NCBI RefSeq assembly: GCF_946062555.1
Contig: NZ_CAMGVQ010000003.1
Span: forward strand, 31,652 to 95,651
Direction: 5' to 3'
DNA length: 64,000 bases
From: an uncultured Fibrobacter sp.
GTDB lineage: Bacteria; Fibrobacterota; Fibrobacteria; Fibrobacterales; Fibrobacteraceae
Shown here: one piece after another, positions 63,653-64,000 of the stretch
How positions within the stretch are numbered: position 1 is the first letter of the stretch
How the letters are laid out: each line of letters begins with the position of its first letter
Position numbers and translations under genes: made by a program
The notes under the pieces: model-generated
Told to the model about the DNA's origin: nothing
The model's database searches: none
What the model saw: the letters and a program-made list of their open reading frames with translations, nothing else

Positions 63653-64000
63653 GCCTCAAAGCCTTGAAGCGTTAATTGGGGAATTTTCGTCGCTCCCTGG
63701 AATCGGGCACAAGACTGCCCGTCGCCTCGCTTACCATATCCTGACCAAGCATCAGGCCGATGTGGAACGCTTTGCCGAAAACCTGCTGAATGCCAAGAAC
63801 AGGGTTCACCCCTGTCCGCGCTGCTACGCCTTTACCGACGAGGACCTGTGCCCCGTGTGCAAGTCGCGTCCCGACTCCAAGTCCATCTGCGTGGTCGAGA
63901 AAAGTTCCGACATCGTCCCGTTCGAACGCTCCGGAATTTACAAGGGAACTTACTTTGTTCTGGGAGGCGTGATTTCGCCGCTTGACGGTATCGGCCCCGA
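63642..64000 (+). CDS. recR: Recombination protein RecR; the 5' part only, continuing beyond the window
   Basis: Contains LIGEFSSLPGIGHKTARRLAYHIL (HhH) and CPRCYAFTDEDLCPVC (zinc finger), followed by the start of the Toprim domain. Confidence 0.85.
   Translation, partial: MNIEPQSLEALIGEFSSLPGIGHKTARRLAYHILTKHQADVERFAENLLNAKNRVHPCPRCYAFTDEDLCPVCKSRPDSKSICVVEKSSDIVPFERSGIYKGTYFVLGGVISPLDGIGP

Overview
This 64-kb window looks bacterial. It is probably Fibrobacter-like, judged only from a TIGR02147/DUF4423-type protein and some short interspersed repeat families; I could run no search. The two ends look like core genome. On the left are an LD-carboxypeptidase, a six-gene TonB2-type energy-transduction operon (DUF3450-like, long MotA/ExbB-like, exbB, exbD, tonB, TPR) and a dGTPase-like HD protein. 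On the right are recC-recB-recD, hisE-hisG, an EAL-HDOD protein and the start of recR. Between about 12.5 and 47 kb lies a mosaic accessory and defence region. It holds two DUF4143-type AAA ATPases (one decayed), a five-gene operon of zinc-ribbon-tagged proteins and a DUF2779-type nuclease. It also holds an AT-rich McrBC-like system whose McrB is frameshifted in an A7 tract, remnants of a mobile element, a 33-bp iteron-like array and two unknown co-oriented genes. Further along are an IS4-type transposase remnant, an orphan EndoU toxin/immunity pair, a Type III mod-res operon, an Rpn-like nuclease, a RelE/XRE toxin-antitoxin pair flanked by 151-bp direct repeats, and a Fic/Doc protein. The most notable unexplained signals are these. 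(1) The zinc-ribbon operon at 14.5-21.4 kb. (2) Two diverged copies of a ~180-nt element that bracket the Type III R-M operon and show multiple compensatory base-pair changes, which suggests a structured RNA. (3) A recurring CGACA-N5-TGTCG palindrome set exactly 11 nt before a TATATT box in front of four island genes. (4) The 33-bp periodic repeat array. All protein family calls come from motifs read by eye and should be confirmed with HMM searches.
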